Assembly (NCBI GenBank): GCA_964016885.1
Contig: OZ024740.1
Location: forward strand, 261,144,001 to 261,208,000
Direction: 5' to 3'
DNA length: 64,000 nucleotides
Source of the DNA: Eledone cirrhosa
Taxonomy: Eukaryota
The notes below the pieces were generated by a model. That model was not told the origin of the DNA. It was given only the letters and a program-made list of their open reading frames with translations, and made no database searches. Shown here one piece after another: positions 51,235 through 63,149 of this stretch. The position numbers and the translations under genes are program-made. Positions within the stretch are counted from its first letter, which is position 1. Each line of letters starts with the position of its first letter.

Positions 51235-52845
51235 CCATCAGAGAAACAAGAATCTCCGAGGCACGGGCATTCACACCCATTTTCGGCGGCTACGAGGTGT
51301 ACACATCTCCAAGCCGCCCCGGATCGGGGGGGGGGGTTCCGGAGAAGTCAGGATCTCGACTTCTTGGACCCAGAAGGTAAATTGGTGGTGCTGGACGTGA
51401 CCAGCAGAGAAGGACAAGCTTTCAGGTTAGTGGCCGTCTATACCCCAACAGGAGCAGGACGGCCTGAATTCTTCCGGAGTCAGGAGACCTTTCTTGGAAC
51501 ATCCCGCTCTTTAGTGTTAGTGGGCGACTGAAACGGGATCTTAGATGCACGTTGGGATTGTGTAAGATTAGCGGATAGGGGAGGAGGGTGTAAAAGCCTC
51601 ACAAACTTGCTCGGACGTTTTCAACTGTCTGACAGGTACCGATTGGATTTCCCGAATGTGCCAATGTGGACTTGGACAAACCGTATCGGGTCATCCAGAT
51701 CATATCTAGATAGGGTATTTTGTAGGGAAATAGATAGGTCTAGCATAGGCTGTCCACAATTCAAGATAGTCGGCTACACGGACCACACATTCGTGATCTG
51801 TGTGGTTGACTTAGATAGGCTTCATAGACAGGGACCTGGCTACTGGAAACTAAATACGTTAGCAGCGCGAAAAGCTTACAGAGACCGGATTAGCGAATTA
51901 GTTAAGCGGGCGTTGACAGGGGCCATCGTCAACAACAAATGGTGGTTTGCCCTGAAAAGAGCGATTAGAATAGAGTCCATTAGGTTTAGTAAAGCGTTAG
52001 TAACAGAGGAAAATAGAGCAGAAGGAAATCTAGTTAGCAAATTAGACGAGGCGCTCAGTAAAGGCATCGCGACCGACGTGCTTGCGGCGAAATTGGCTCT
52101 CGACCAATTTTTCAATGCTAAGCACGAAGGCTGCGTTGTCAGAGATAGGGTGCGTGCTCTCAGACACGAGGGGATGAAAGCCGTTCAATGGGCCCGAGTG
52201 GCGGAGGCGCATCGTGGCAACAAAGCCACGATCCGGTCTTTGGCAAACCACGACGGGCGCATGATACTCGATACCGGGCAAATGTGTACGGCTTTTCAGC
52301 AGCACTTTGCTCAGCTGTTCGGGGGCTGTGGCGGGCCGCATCGCGGAATTGACTTCAGTGCCTGCCTCGACGGACTGCCGCGACTCTCGGCCACTGAGGC
52401 GGAGTGTTGCGAAAGGCCGATAACAGCTGCTGAAGTACGGGAGACAATGACTGGCTGCACAAGGGGTAAATCGCCTGGTTTGGATGGTCTGCCCTATGAA
52501 TTTCACATACATATGCCAGACTTGTACGAAGACCTCTTGGTGGACGTCTACTGCAACTGGCAGCACCACGGGGGAATTCCCAGCTCTGTGAGCCGAGGAG
52601 CGGTGGCGCTGTTGAGAAAGGATCCGAGAAAGGGGGATAACATAGAACATTTCAGGCCCATAACTCTGCTAAACACAGGCTTCAAGATTTTGGCTAAGGT
52701 TCTAGCAAAGAGGTTGGCACTTGTCGTTGGTGGTCTGGTGGGAGAGGCGCCAACAGGCGCCATTCCAGACAGATCCATCCACGATAACCTCCACCTCATG
52801 CGATACATCGTAGAGAGGGTAGCTAGGGAACCTGGCAGCCGTTAA
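51235..52845 (+). mobile_element. L1/Tx1-clade LINE fragment (EN, linker, start of RT)
   Basis: RETRI, VAVYTP, VGD*NG, WTW..SYLDR, TDH, GYWKLN, KSPGLDGLP.EF, FRPITLLNT.FKILAK. Confidence 0.88.
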
Positions 52846-52984
52846 AACAGCTAAATGGTGTCACCCACCTTGTGGAGTGTCTCTCTGTTGACCACTGACT
52901 GCTGTCCTCTGAGGCATTTTTGCCCATCACTGTCTTTGACAGCATTTAGCTGTTTTAACAGTTGTTCTAATGATAAGTTTTCTC

Positions 52985-53046
<62 letters not shown>

Positions 53047-53050
<4 letters not shown>

Positions 53051-54683
53051 AACAATACAATATAATTACCTCTTTACCAGAGGTTTCCCGAATAAGACGA
53101 ATACAAAAAACGTCCTCATTCGTTCGTCGGACAAGGCAATTTAAAACATAGTGAAACCTGCCTTAATTGGGCAAAAACAGAAATTTTCACCAGTTGCCCA
53201 CGCATGAAATCACACTTGCTTTCCAGCTCATATAAACTTAACTCACTTTCAGATACTTATCCTCCATAAACTCTTGTTCTTCACTTTCCTTAAATTACCC
53301 TCTTTACAGACTTCTCTTTCTGATTTACTCTTATTTTTTATTTTTAACTTTATTTTTACTTCACACCCACCAGTGACCCCCCCCCCCCCCACCTGCTTTT
53401 TGATTCACTTACCTAGTATCTTCACAATTCCACACATTTTACTTCCCCACTTTCTTTCACTACCTAATACCACTTTTTGTCACTGGCGTTTTCAACTCCA
53501 GATATATTCTGTTGTCTCTCAGCCGCTTTTATGTATGTATAATTTGTACTCATTTATTCATACAGCTGGTTTTTAATTTGTATCTATATGTGTGAGTGTG
53601 CATGTGTGTGTATGCGTGTTTGTATATGTATACGAACGCATTCGTATGTGCGCGTGTGCGTGTATATGTGTGTATGTGTGTTTTTATATCTATGTTTTTT
53701 ACATACTTATATATACGTGTGTGTGTATGGGTGCACGTATATGTATATGTATGTGTGTATATATATATGTATGTGTATGTATGTGTGTATATATATATGT
53801 ATGTGTATGTATGTGTGTATATATATATGTATGTGTATGTATGTGTGTATATATATATAGTCGCGTACGTGCGTGTGATTAGATATGCGTGTGCATATAT
53901 ATATATGTGTGTGCTTCGTGTGTATGTATGCGCGCCTTTGTATGTATGTACACATGTATGCGTATTTATATATATATTTTTGTATATATATGTGTACGTA
54001 CGAACCTGTTTGTTTCTATTTTTTCTAGTGTTACTTTATAATTGATAACCCCCCCCCCCCCCTCTTACTTTCTCTTTGATTTAAAAAACTTTTTATTCTT
54101 ATATATTTTTTCATTTTTATATATGTATCGAGCCTCAGACTGACACTGCTTTCACTGATACACTCCCTTCCCCGTATATATCACTCGCATGTATGTGGTC
54201 GCGCGCGTGTGTGTGTTTATACGCGTGCTTTCATACTTTTATGTGTATATATTTCAATCCTTAATACCTGAATCTAGATGTTCGTTAACTCTATTATCTT
54301 ACAATTTATTTTTCAACATATATTATATACGTATTTGTGGTCACACATACACTGATATGCTTGCCCTCATATATGTATTTACGCACACATTGTTTCACTA
54401 TACACATGCATTTGTACATACACACATATGTACATTTGTGAGTGAATATACACACATTTATACACATACCCTAACTATATTTCCTTATTTTATTTTTATA
54501 TATCTCTTGCATTACTTTTATTTAAATATTTTTTTGCCCGTTAAACTTTTGCCTTTCTTGAGGAGATTTTTTAAATATTTCAGTTTTAAATTGCCTTGTC
54601 CGACGAACAAATGAGGACGTTTTTTGTATTCGTCTTATTCGGGAAACCTCTGGTAATGAGATAATTATATTGTATTGTTTATT
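53047..54683. mobile_element. Non-coding element with ~100-bp inverted arms (53047-53147 / 54583-54683), each with a hammerhead-like fold
   Basis: Arms are reverse-complementary; CUUGU-CCGACGA-long stem II-GAAA-CC ucu GG-UA-AUGAG (core variant CCGA); flanked by long (TA)n. Confidence 0.65.
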
Positions 54684-54763
54684 GTACATTAAATTTAGCT
54701 CTGGTACTTACATAGAGCACTCTTCACTCCTATGACTTTTTCAATTTTCAACGTAAACTTCAA

Positions 54764-54890
<127 letters not shown>

Positions 54891-55069
54891 TGCCCCCTCG
54901 TTATCGAGTATGGCCATTGCACGAGAAGAAAAAAATAAATAAATAAATAAATAAAATAAATAAATAAAATAAAATAATAATAATAATAATAATAAATAAA
55001 TAAAAAAAAAAAAATATATATATATATACGATATTAAATAAATGGAAACTATATTTATAAAACCATATT

Positions 55070-55135
55070 TATTTCATTATATATATTTCAGGGATATCAT
55101 ATTAAAAATATGTTATGCCTTCTTCAGACAAAATA
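55070..55135 (-). ncRNA. Type I hammerhead ribozyme fold (mirror copy)
   Basis: Reverse complement of 58304-58369. Confidence 0.75.
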
Positions 55136-55407
55136 CAATATAAACAGTCTTATAAATAGATAGATTCGACATACCTTTCAACTTCGACTTCTATTTGAAA
55201 AGTTGATTTGGTAGTGGAAAAAATATTAGGGACAGTTATAAAAAGAAAGAAAGAAAAAACGAAGAAAAAGAAGAAATGCATGAAACTAAATAGAGAGAGA
55301 TAGATATAGAGAGATAGATAGAGAGAAGAAATTCATGTAAAGAAACAGAGAGAGATATATAGAGAGAGGAAAAAACACAGAGGGAGATAGATAGAGAGAG
55401 AGAGAAG

Positions 55408-55442
<35 letters not shown>

Positions 55443-56656
55443 TATAGAGAGATAGATATAGATAGAGATAGAGAGAAAGAAAATAGGTAGTTGTGCACCA
55501 GTTGAATGACGTATCAATGATATATTTATTTATTTATTTATTTATTTAGCTCTAGTATCAATGTAGAGAGAGATATATGTGGTTAAGAGAGAAAACAGCC
55601 GTTACATATAGAGAAAAGAAAAATATCCAGACAAAAACGAGGCAGATTTAAAACACTATGTATCATCAATGTAAAAAATATCAATTCGTATAAGACAGGC
55701 ATTATAATGTAAATATCAGTATTCATGAATGAGACATGTATCAATAATGTGTGAAAAATAATGATCATATGTCTAGTTTAAAATTCATAGGTTTATATTA
55801 GAAGGTTATCCCAGATTTTATACTATATACATCCATTTGAATTTACGTGATCAGCTCTGCAAATTCCTATTTCACACGAAAACAATCTCATTGTGCTATA
55901 AAAATTCTAGTATACATATATGTGTACATACACACAAATATATATAGATTCTACATTAATTTTAACAATACTATTCATGTCTTTACTCTACATGATTATC
56001 GTTCAAGCATAAATAGAGAACAGATATCAATATATCAATAAAAATATCAGAAACAAAAAGTAAATAAAAAACAAAAAATCAAAAAAATCAAAAAAATAAA
56101 AATAAAAATATTAAAAATATTAAAAATATTAAAATAAAAATGAAACATAGTATGCCCCGCAAATCAACCACAGAGATCAACCCTTCAAAGTTAATTGACA
56201 ATATATTGCCAAGTTCGTTATAAGCATCAGAATCAAAAGCAAACAAAACCAAAAATTATTTACCAAATCCTGTCTAGCAGAAAGCATTCCAAAAGTTTAG
56301 GATACCCATTTGATCTACAGATGGTCTTATATTTAATATAGAAGTTTATCTAGTGTAAAATTTATTCGATATATTTGGAGCATCAGCTTTTAGGGTAGTT
56401 TAATTATTCATGAAGAATGTTTAAAATAAAAAGGGATCGAAAGATTTATCGGCGAGTTTCATAAATAATTATAAATCAAATTAAATATACTACATTTTAA
56501 ATTTATATTTATATTTAAAAGTTGAGTTCAATCTATGTCTGCAGCAACTGAATAAATTTGTCCGTAAATTAAGGGAATTTTTAGATTTTAGTATAAAGAA
56601 TATCTCCTCCGCGCAGAGGTCACATGTCTCAGAGGATGAATTAAAAGGAATCCCTC

Positions 56657-56983
56657 TATGTTGGTTCCACCTCAACAGAATTTAAACTTCGCTATAATAA
56701 CCACAAGAATTCTTTCACAGATCCAAGCAAAAAATCCTCAACATCACTATCAGGCCTACTCTGGCAACTTAGGCATGATAACGTTGGATATTCAACGGTT
56801 TGGAATATAGTCTCAAGAGGGATTCCTTTTAATTCATCCTCTGAGACATGTGACCTCTGCGCGGAGGAGATATTCTTTATACTAAAATCTAAAAATTCCC
56901 TTAATTTACGGACAAATTTATTCAGTTGCTGCAGACATAGATTGAACTCAACTTTTAAATATAAATATAAATTTAAAATGTAG
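56657..56983 (+). pseudogene. 5'-truncated GIY-YIG endonuclease of a Penelope-like (Naiad-like) element
   Basis: Open frame without ATG: YVGSTSTEFKLRYNNHKNSF...TSLSGLLWQLR...WNIVSRGIPFNSSSETCDLCAEEIFFIL...LNLRTNLFSCCRHR...*. Confidence 0.85.
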
Positions 56984-58303
56984 TATATTTAATTTGATTT
57001 ATAATTATTTATGAAACTCGCCGATAAATCTTTCGATTCCTTTTTATTTTAAACATTCTTCATGAATAATTAAACTACCCTAAAAGCTGATGCTCCAAAT
57101 ATATCGAATAAATTTTACACTAGATAAACTTCTATATTAAATATAAGACCATCTGTAGATCAAATGGGTATCCTAAACTTTTGGAATGCTTTCTGCTAGA
57201 CAGGATTTGGTAAATAATTTTTGGTTTTGTTTGCTTTTGATTCTGATGCTTATAACGAACTTGGCAATATATTGTCAATTAACTTTGAAGGGTTGATCTC
57301 TGTGGTTGATTTGCGGGGCATACTATGTTTCATTTTTATTTTAATATTTTTAATATTTTTAATATTTTTATTTTTATTTTTTTGATTTTTTTGATTTTTT
57401 GTTTTTTATTTACTTTTTGTTTCTGATATTTTTATTGATATATTGATATCTGTTCTCTATTTATGCTTGAACGATAATCAGGTAGAGTAAAGACATGAAT
57501 AGTATTGTTAAAATTAATGTAGAATCTATATATATTTGTGTGTATGTACACATATATGTATACTAGAATTTTTATAGCACAATGAGATTGTTTTCGTGTG
57601 AAATAGGAATTTGCAGAGCTGATCACGTAAATTCAAATGGATGTATATAGTATAAAATCTGGGATAACCTTCTAATATAAACCTATGAATTTTAAACTAG
57701 TCATATGACCATTATTTTTCACACATTATTGATACGTGTCTCATTCATGAATACTGATATTTACATTATAATGCCTGTCTTATACGAATTGATATTTTTT
57801 ACATTGATGATACATAGTGTTTTAAATCTGCCTCGTTTTTGTCTAGATATTTTTCTTTTCTCTATATGTAACGGCTGTTTTCTCTCTTAACCACATATAT
57901 CTCTCTCTACATTGATACTAGAGCTAAATAAATAAATAAATAAATAAATATATCATTGATACGTCATTCAACTGGTGCACAACTACCTATTTTCTTTCTC
58001 TCTATCTCTATCTATATCTATCTCTCTATATTTTCTCTCTCTCTCTATCTATCTCCCTCTGTGTTTTTTCCTCTCTCTATATATCTCTCTCTGTTTCTTT
58101 ACATGAATTTCTTCTCTCTATCTATCTCTCTATATCTATCTCTCTCTATTTAGTTGCATGCATTTCTTCTTTTTCTTCGTTTTTTCTTTCTTTCTTTTTA
58201 TAACTGTCCCTAATATTTTTTCCACTACCAAATCAACTTTTCAAATAGAAGTCGAAGTTGAAAGGTATGTCGAATCTATCTATTTATAAGACTGTTTATA
58301 TTG

Positions 58304-58369
58304 TATTTTGTCTGAAGAAGGCATAACATATTTTTAATATGATATCCCTGAAATATATATAATGAAATA
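58304..58369 (+). ncRNA. Type I hammerhead ribozyme fold near the element 3' end
   Basis: UAUUUUGU-CUGAAGA-AGGcAUAaCAUAUU uuu AAUAUGaUAUcCCU-GAAA-UAUAUA-UA-AUGAAAUA; 8-bp stem I, palindromic stem III. Confidence 0.78.
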
Positions 58370-58592
58370 AATATGGTTTTATAAATATAGTTTCCATTTA
58401 TTTAATATCGTAAATATACTCCAAATACTTGTTGAGTGCTTTTATATCAGTTATAAATATTTACTCGTTGTTAACCCAACAATTTAAATAAAACTTTGCA
58501 TATATATATATATATATATACACACATACATATATACATACACACATACATACACATACACACACATATACACACACACATACATTAATAAC

Positions 58593-58626
<34 letters not shown>

Positions 58627-58714
58627 GCAATAATGATAACGACAACAACAATAATATTATACATATACGCACGCACATAAGCATATCTACACACACACAC
58701 ACACACGATAGCAA

Positions 58715-61700
58715 CTAACAGTGCTGCGATCGAATGTGGCTTTTTAGCCCAGCCAATGATCTAAAATGTCTTGCACAGAGTCGGCAACCAAAACATTCAC
58801 TGGGAATAGTCGGCTGTGGTTGGAGTTCGTGTACTTTTGCATGTCGCTTGAGCCCTCCTACTGATTTACATTCTCTACCACATGTTTGGTAAGCATGATG
58901 AGTAGCATCTCCAACAGCAGCCTGGTAGTCAACCACTGGTCTTACTTTATGACTGCGAAGATGACTTTCGAGTCCAGCTTTGCTTAGGCAGAGTCTCGCA
59001 CAGACGCTGCATGTCAGCACCATAGGAGGACCCTCGCCGTCTGGAAGTGCAACAGCAATGCCCTTCCTCACATCCCGCTTTACTTTCTCGTATGCGATTC
59101 GAGATGCCTCAAAGGCAACTTTTCCCTCATATACAGTCTTTCTCCATTTATTACGATCAGCAGCAATATTTTCCCATGTATCAGCAGAGATGTTAGCGTC
59201 TTTCAGAGAGGCTTTCAAGGAATCCTTATACCTCTTTTTTGGTTTATGTGGCGGTCGTTTTCCTTTAACCAACTCTCCATAGAAGAGCTGTTTTGGTATT
59301 CTAGAATCCTTCATCCTGGCAAGGTGACCACTCCAACGGAGTCGTTGCTTAAGCACAAGAGCTTCTATACTGTCACACATAGAGCTTTCCAAAATCTCGA
59401 CATCACTGATGTGGTCCCTCCAGTGAACGCCATGGATCCGTCTGAGACACATCTGATGGAAACGCTCCAATTGCTTAAGGTGGTGTCGATATGTGACCCA
59501 GGTCTCGCAGGCATAAAGAATACAAGAGAGTACACATGCCCTGTACACCTTTACCTTTGTCCTCCTGCATATGTCTCGCCGACCCCAGAGTCGCCTTTCT
59601 AGCTTTCCGAAAGCATCACTTGCTTTCCTAATCCTAAGTGAGATTTCACTGTCAAGGTTGCCGTATCGATTGACAGTGCTTCCCAGGTAGACAAACTGAT
59701 CAACCACTCCAAGTCGTTTGCCATACACATAGATGTTTGGTTCAGTGTATTGCTTACCAGGGGCAGGTTGGTACATGACGACGGTTTTCTTGAGACTGAC
59801 AGTCAAACCCAGGGCAGTGCAAGCGTCAGAAAATGCATTCAAAATGTGCTGCATATCACTCTCTGTGTGCGCTACAAGATCGCAATCATCTGCATACAAG
59901 AGGTCTCTTATGATTGATGTAAACACTTTTGTCTTCGCAGCAAAGCGCCTGATGTTAAATATGCTGCCTGAGGTTCGATATCGGATGTAAACACCATGCT
60001 CGCAATTCCTGAATGCAATACAGAAAACCATTGCAAAGTATATGGCAAACAGGGTCGGTGCTGGAATATCCCCCTGTTTCACTCCATTTTTTACCGAGAT
60101 AGGCTCCGACATGTTACCTCCAACATTAACCCAAGCCTTCATGTCGTCATGGAAAGACCTAACTAAAGCAAGGAACTTATCAGGGCAACCAAGTTTCTGG
60201 AGAACCTTCCATAATGCATCTCTGTTGACAGTATCGAAAGCCTTTGTCAAATCGACAAAAACCTGATACAGATCCAAGCCTTGTTCAATGCACTTCTCCT
60301 GGAGCTGTCTAGCTGAGAAGATCATATCAGTAGTGCCGCGTCCAGCACGAAAACCAGATTGACTTTCAGGAAGATCACAATCTGCAATGTGTGTCAGCAG
60401 ACGGTCCAGAAGCACCCTACATAAAACCTTCCCTACGACAGAAAGCAATGATATACCTCTGTAGTTCCCACAATCATTCCTGTTACCCTTTCCCGTGTAC
60501 AAGACCACCGTTACTGCATCTCTCCAGTCCTCAGGTACGGATTCATTAGCCCATATCCTTCCAAACAAAGAGTGAAGATGTTGCAGGAGTCTCTCACCAC
60601 CATATTGTAGGAGCTCAGCATGTATACTATCCATACCTGGAGATCTTCCACTGTTCAGCTTCGAAATAGCCACTGCAACCTCCACAGGCGTCGGAGGTTC
60701 TGCGAGAGCTACTTTCACAGGACTTTCTGGAATGAGATTGAGGAAATCTTCACTGACGACAGACGGCTGATTCAAAAGATCATCAAAGTGCTCTCGCCAC
60801 CTTCGTAGAATTCCCTGTGAGTCACGAAGAAGTTCTTTGCCATCCTTGCTGCGAAGCGGTGTCACCAGAGAAGAAGACGGTCCATAAACCTCACGCAAGA
60901 GACTGTACAACAGTTTTGCGTTATTGGAATCAGACGCAGTTTGTATCTCACTAGCCTTCTCACTCCACCACTGATCCTTCATCTGAGTAAGACTCCGCCT
61001 AACACGTGATTTTACATCCCTGAGCTCCTCATGCAACGTATTCCTCTCCTGTGGTTTTGCCGTCAAGTAGCGTGACAGAGCACGCCTCTTATCAGCCAAC
61101 AAGTCTTCTATATGTACATCATTCTCATTAAACCAGTCCTGATGTTTTTTCTGCGCCAATCCCAGAACACGCCTGCCTACATCATAAACCGACTTTTTAA
61201 GGGTCGGCCAATCCTCACCAAGATCTGCAGCCTGCATCTCTTCTTCCAATGTCCTCTTCACATTTTTATCCTTAAGACGAGCAGCATTCAATCTTTTGGG
61301 CAGGGCAACACCAGGAGCCCGGATTTTACGTTTGGTGATTAGTTTCATTTTTGCGCGTACCATGCGGTGGTCCGTCCAGCACTCAGCTCCACGAAGAACA
61401 CGAACACACCGCACATCCTGTCTGTCACGCATCCTGACTAGGACGTAGTCCAAAAGATGCCATTCCTTAGATGCAGGATGCATCCATGTGGTCTTGAATT
61501 TGTTCTTTTGTTGGAACATGGTGTTGGTAACACACAGATCCAGCTCCTCACACATCTGCAGCAGGAGCATACGATTGCTGTTACACTTTCCCACCCCATG
61601 CCTTCCGATTACATTCCATGTGTTAAAATCCCTACCCACTCTAGCATTAAAGTCACCAAGCACGATGACTTTGTCTGCCTGAGGGATATTTCTTAGAACA

Positions 61701-62092
61701 CCTTTCAAGGCATGGTAAAAGGACAGTTTTTCTTCATCGACAGAATTCATAGTTGGAGCATACACACTCACCAGGGTGGCATATCTTCCCTTGTCCAGCG
61801 GAACTCTCATGGACATAAGACGCTCACTAATCCCTACTGGGAATTCTTCTAATTTATTCACAAGTACAGTCTTAACAGCAAATCCTACCGCAGCCTCTCT
61901 TCTGGTTCCTTCATCTCTTCCTTTCCAGAAGAATGTATATTCTCCACAAAATTCCGTAAGATGACCATCTCCAGCTAACCTCGTCTCAGATAAAGCCACG
62001 ATGTCAAGATCGTAACGTCGAAGCTCCTTTGCAACAAGAGCGGTCCTTCGTTCAGGACGCTCCAAGGAATCCCTGTTAAGCAGCGTCCGTAT
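58715..62092 (-). CDS. BovB-like RTE LINE ORF: APE endonuclease, RT and three C-terminal C2H2-type fingers; extreme N-terminus replaced by microsatellite
   Basis: ALSETRL, SVYAPT, LGDFNARVG, LLDY, TDH; NYRGISLL, QLQEK, GVKQG, YADD, FVYLG; CSVC..H..H, YQTC..H..H, CRLC..H..H; no stops over ~1125 codons. Confidence 0.92.
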   Translation of the reverse strand: MRTLLNRDSLERPERRTALVAKELRRYDLDIVALSETRLAGDGHLTEFCGEYTFFWKGRDEGTRREAAVGFAVKTVLVNKLEEFPVGISERLMSMRVPLDKGRYATLVSVYAPTMNSVDEEKLSFYHALKGVLRNIPQADKVIVLGDFNARVGRDFNTWNVIGRHGVGKCNSNRMLLLQMCEELDLCVTNTMFQQKNKFKTTWMHPASKEWHLLDYVLVRMRDRQDVRCVRVLRGAECWTDHRMVRAKMKLITKRKIRAPGVALPKRLNAARLKDKNVKRTLEEEMQAADLGEDWPTLKKSVYDVGRRVLGLAQKKHQDWFNENDVHIEDLLADKRRALSRYLTAKPQERNTLHEELRDVKSRVRRSLTQMKDQWWSEKASEIQTASDSNNAKLLYSLLREVYGPSSSLVTPLRSKDGKELLRDSQGILRRWREHFDDLLNQPSVVSEDFLNLIPESPVKVALAEPPTPVEVAVAISKLNSGRSPGMDSIHAELLQYGGERLLQHLHSLFGRIWANESVPEDWRDAVTVVLYTGKGNRNDCGNYRGISLLSVVGKVLCRVLLDRLLTHIADCDLPESQSGFRAGRGTTDMIFSARQLQEKCIEQGLDLYQVFVDLTKAFDTVNRDALWKVLQKLGCPDKFLALVRSFHDDMKAWVNVGGNMSEPISVKNGVKQGDIPAPTLFAIYFAMVFCIAFRNCEHGVYIRYRTSGSIFNIRRFAAKTKVFTSIIRDLLYADDCDLVAHTESDMQHILNAFSDACTALGLTVSLKKTVVMYQPAPGKQYTEPNIYVYGKRLGVVDQFVYLGSTVNRYGNLDSEISLRIRKASDAFGKLERRLWGRRDICRRTKVKVYRACVLSCILYACETWVTYRHHLKQLERFHQMCLRRIHGVHWRDHISDVEILESSMCDSIEALVLKQRLRWSGHLARMKDSRIPKQLFYGELVKGKRPPHKPKKRYKDSLKASLKDANISADTWENIAADRNKWRKTVYEGKVAFEASRIAYEKVKRDVRKGIAVALPDGEGPPMVLTCSVCARLCLSKAGLESHLRSHKVRPVVDYQAAVGDATHHAYQTCGRECKSVGGLKRHAKVHELQPQPTIPSECFGCRLCARHFRSLAGLKSHIRSQHC

Positions 62093-62129
62093 ATATAATA
62101 TATATATATACATATATATATATTATATA

Positions 62130-62196
62130 CAGGGTGTCCGTAAAAATGTATACACACTTTTATTAGAATGCTGTTGAAGTGTGTATACATTTTTAT
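62130..62196. repeat. Tc1/mariner-like TIR remnant forming a short hairpin
   Basis: TA|cagggtgtcc then taaaaatgtatacacactt ... aagtgtgtatacattttta. Confidence 0.5.
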
Positions 62197-63149
62197 TATA
62201 CATATACATATGTATTAATATTATGGTTATAATAATATTAACTAGTTTAGTTAAATTCATTTACCCGTTGATTTAGAGCTCAATGTAGTGGAGGTCATGC
62301 AGAGCTGTTATATATTAATTTCAGAAACACTGAAGATTCAAAGCGTTATCAAACAAGCAAATGTTTCTGCCAGCATAGAATTTCAACCACTGGGTTATAA
62401 TTTTATAATTTAACCCCCAGTTTTCAATTTGGGACTGGTGTCATCAGAGTTTATTAAAGGCTTCCTTAATATTTCACACGTAATAACAATGCATTACATT
62501 AAAACACTCATAATGGTAACAATTACAGAATGCAAAAGTTGCAGAAGTTTCAAAAATTTCAAGAAAATAAAACAAAAACAGTTCGAGAATGGCAATGATG
62601 AAGAGATGCCTACGTTTGTGAGTTAGAGAGAATTTTATTTTGAGTTACAATTTCAGATAATCTTATTTCAAAATAAGATTATCTCAAATTGCAACATTAG
62701 GAGAAGATTCAGTGTTACTCATCTCATAAAAAGTAGACTGCTCTAAAAGATGCTGCCCAGCACACTGCAGCATCTCTTGGCAAGATGCCATGGAAACTGG
62801 CAGCACAGCAAAGCTGAGACAGGTATCTGTTGCAGGTACTATTTGCCCATAAGCTGGGGTATGGATTGGTATTAAGCCAGGGCATATCCATACTGTGAAG
62901 GGCCATGCGCCAAATACCTTCTGTAGGGTTGCTACTCCTCCTTAGTCAAAGTCTCATTAATTGTATTACCTTCATGGACAACACATCCCAAAGGGGACCA
63001 AGCATGACAAGTAAAAAACAAGTTAAAAGATAAAAAGAATGAAAAATGAAAAATATTTAATGTTTAATGTTTTTATAAAAGTATATAGAGATAGAAGACA
63101 CGTGCACACACATACGCACTATTTGGGTGGCCGTTGATGTGTGTATATA

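Larger units (their letters stand above)
55027..58412. mobile_element. Penelope-like element insertion forming a 3.4-kb palindrome (arms 55027-56657 / 56816-58412, 158-bp spacer)
   Basis: Arms are near-identical reverse complements (mirror ORFs 55583/57705 and 55847/57432); GIY-YIG fragment at the centre; hammerheads at both outer ends. Confidence 0.88.

Noticed and set aside
56657-56983. Selenocysteine recoding, as reported for some Naiad elements
   Set aside because: No in-frame TGA in either GIY-YIG fragment, and no SECIS recognised
62700-63010. GC-richer island as a possible exon of another gene
   Set aside because: No recognisable protein motif or convincing splice pair in any frame I read; left unassigned
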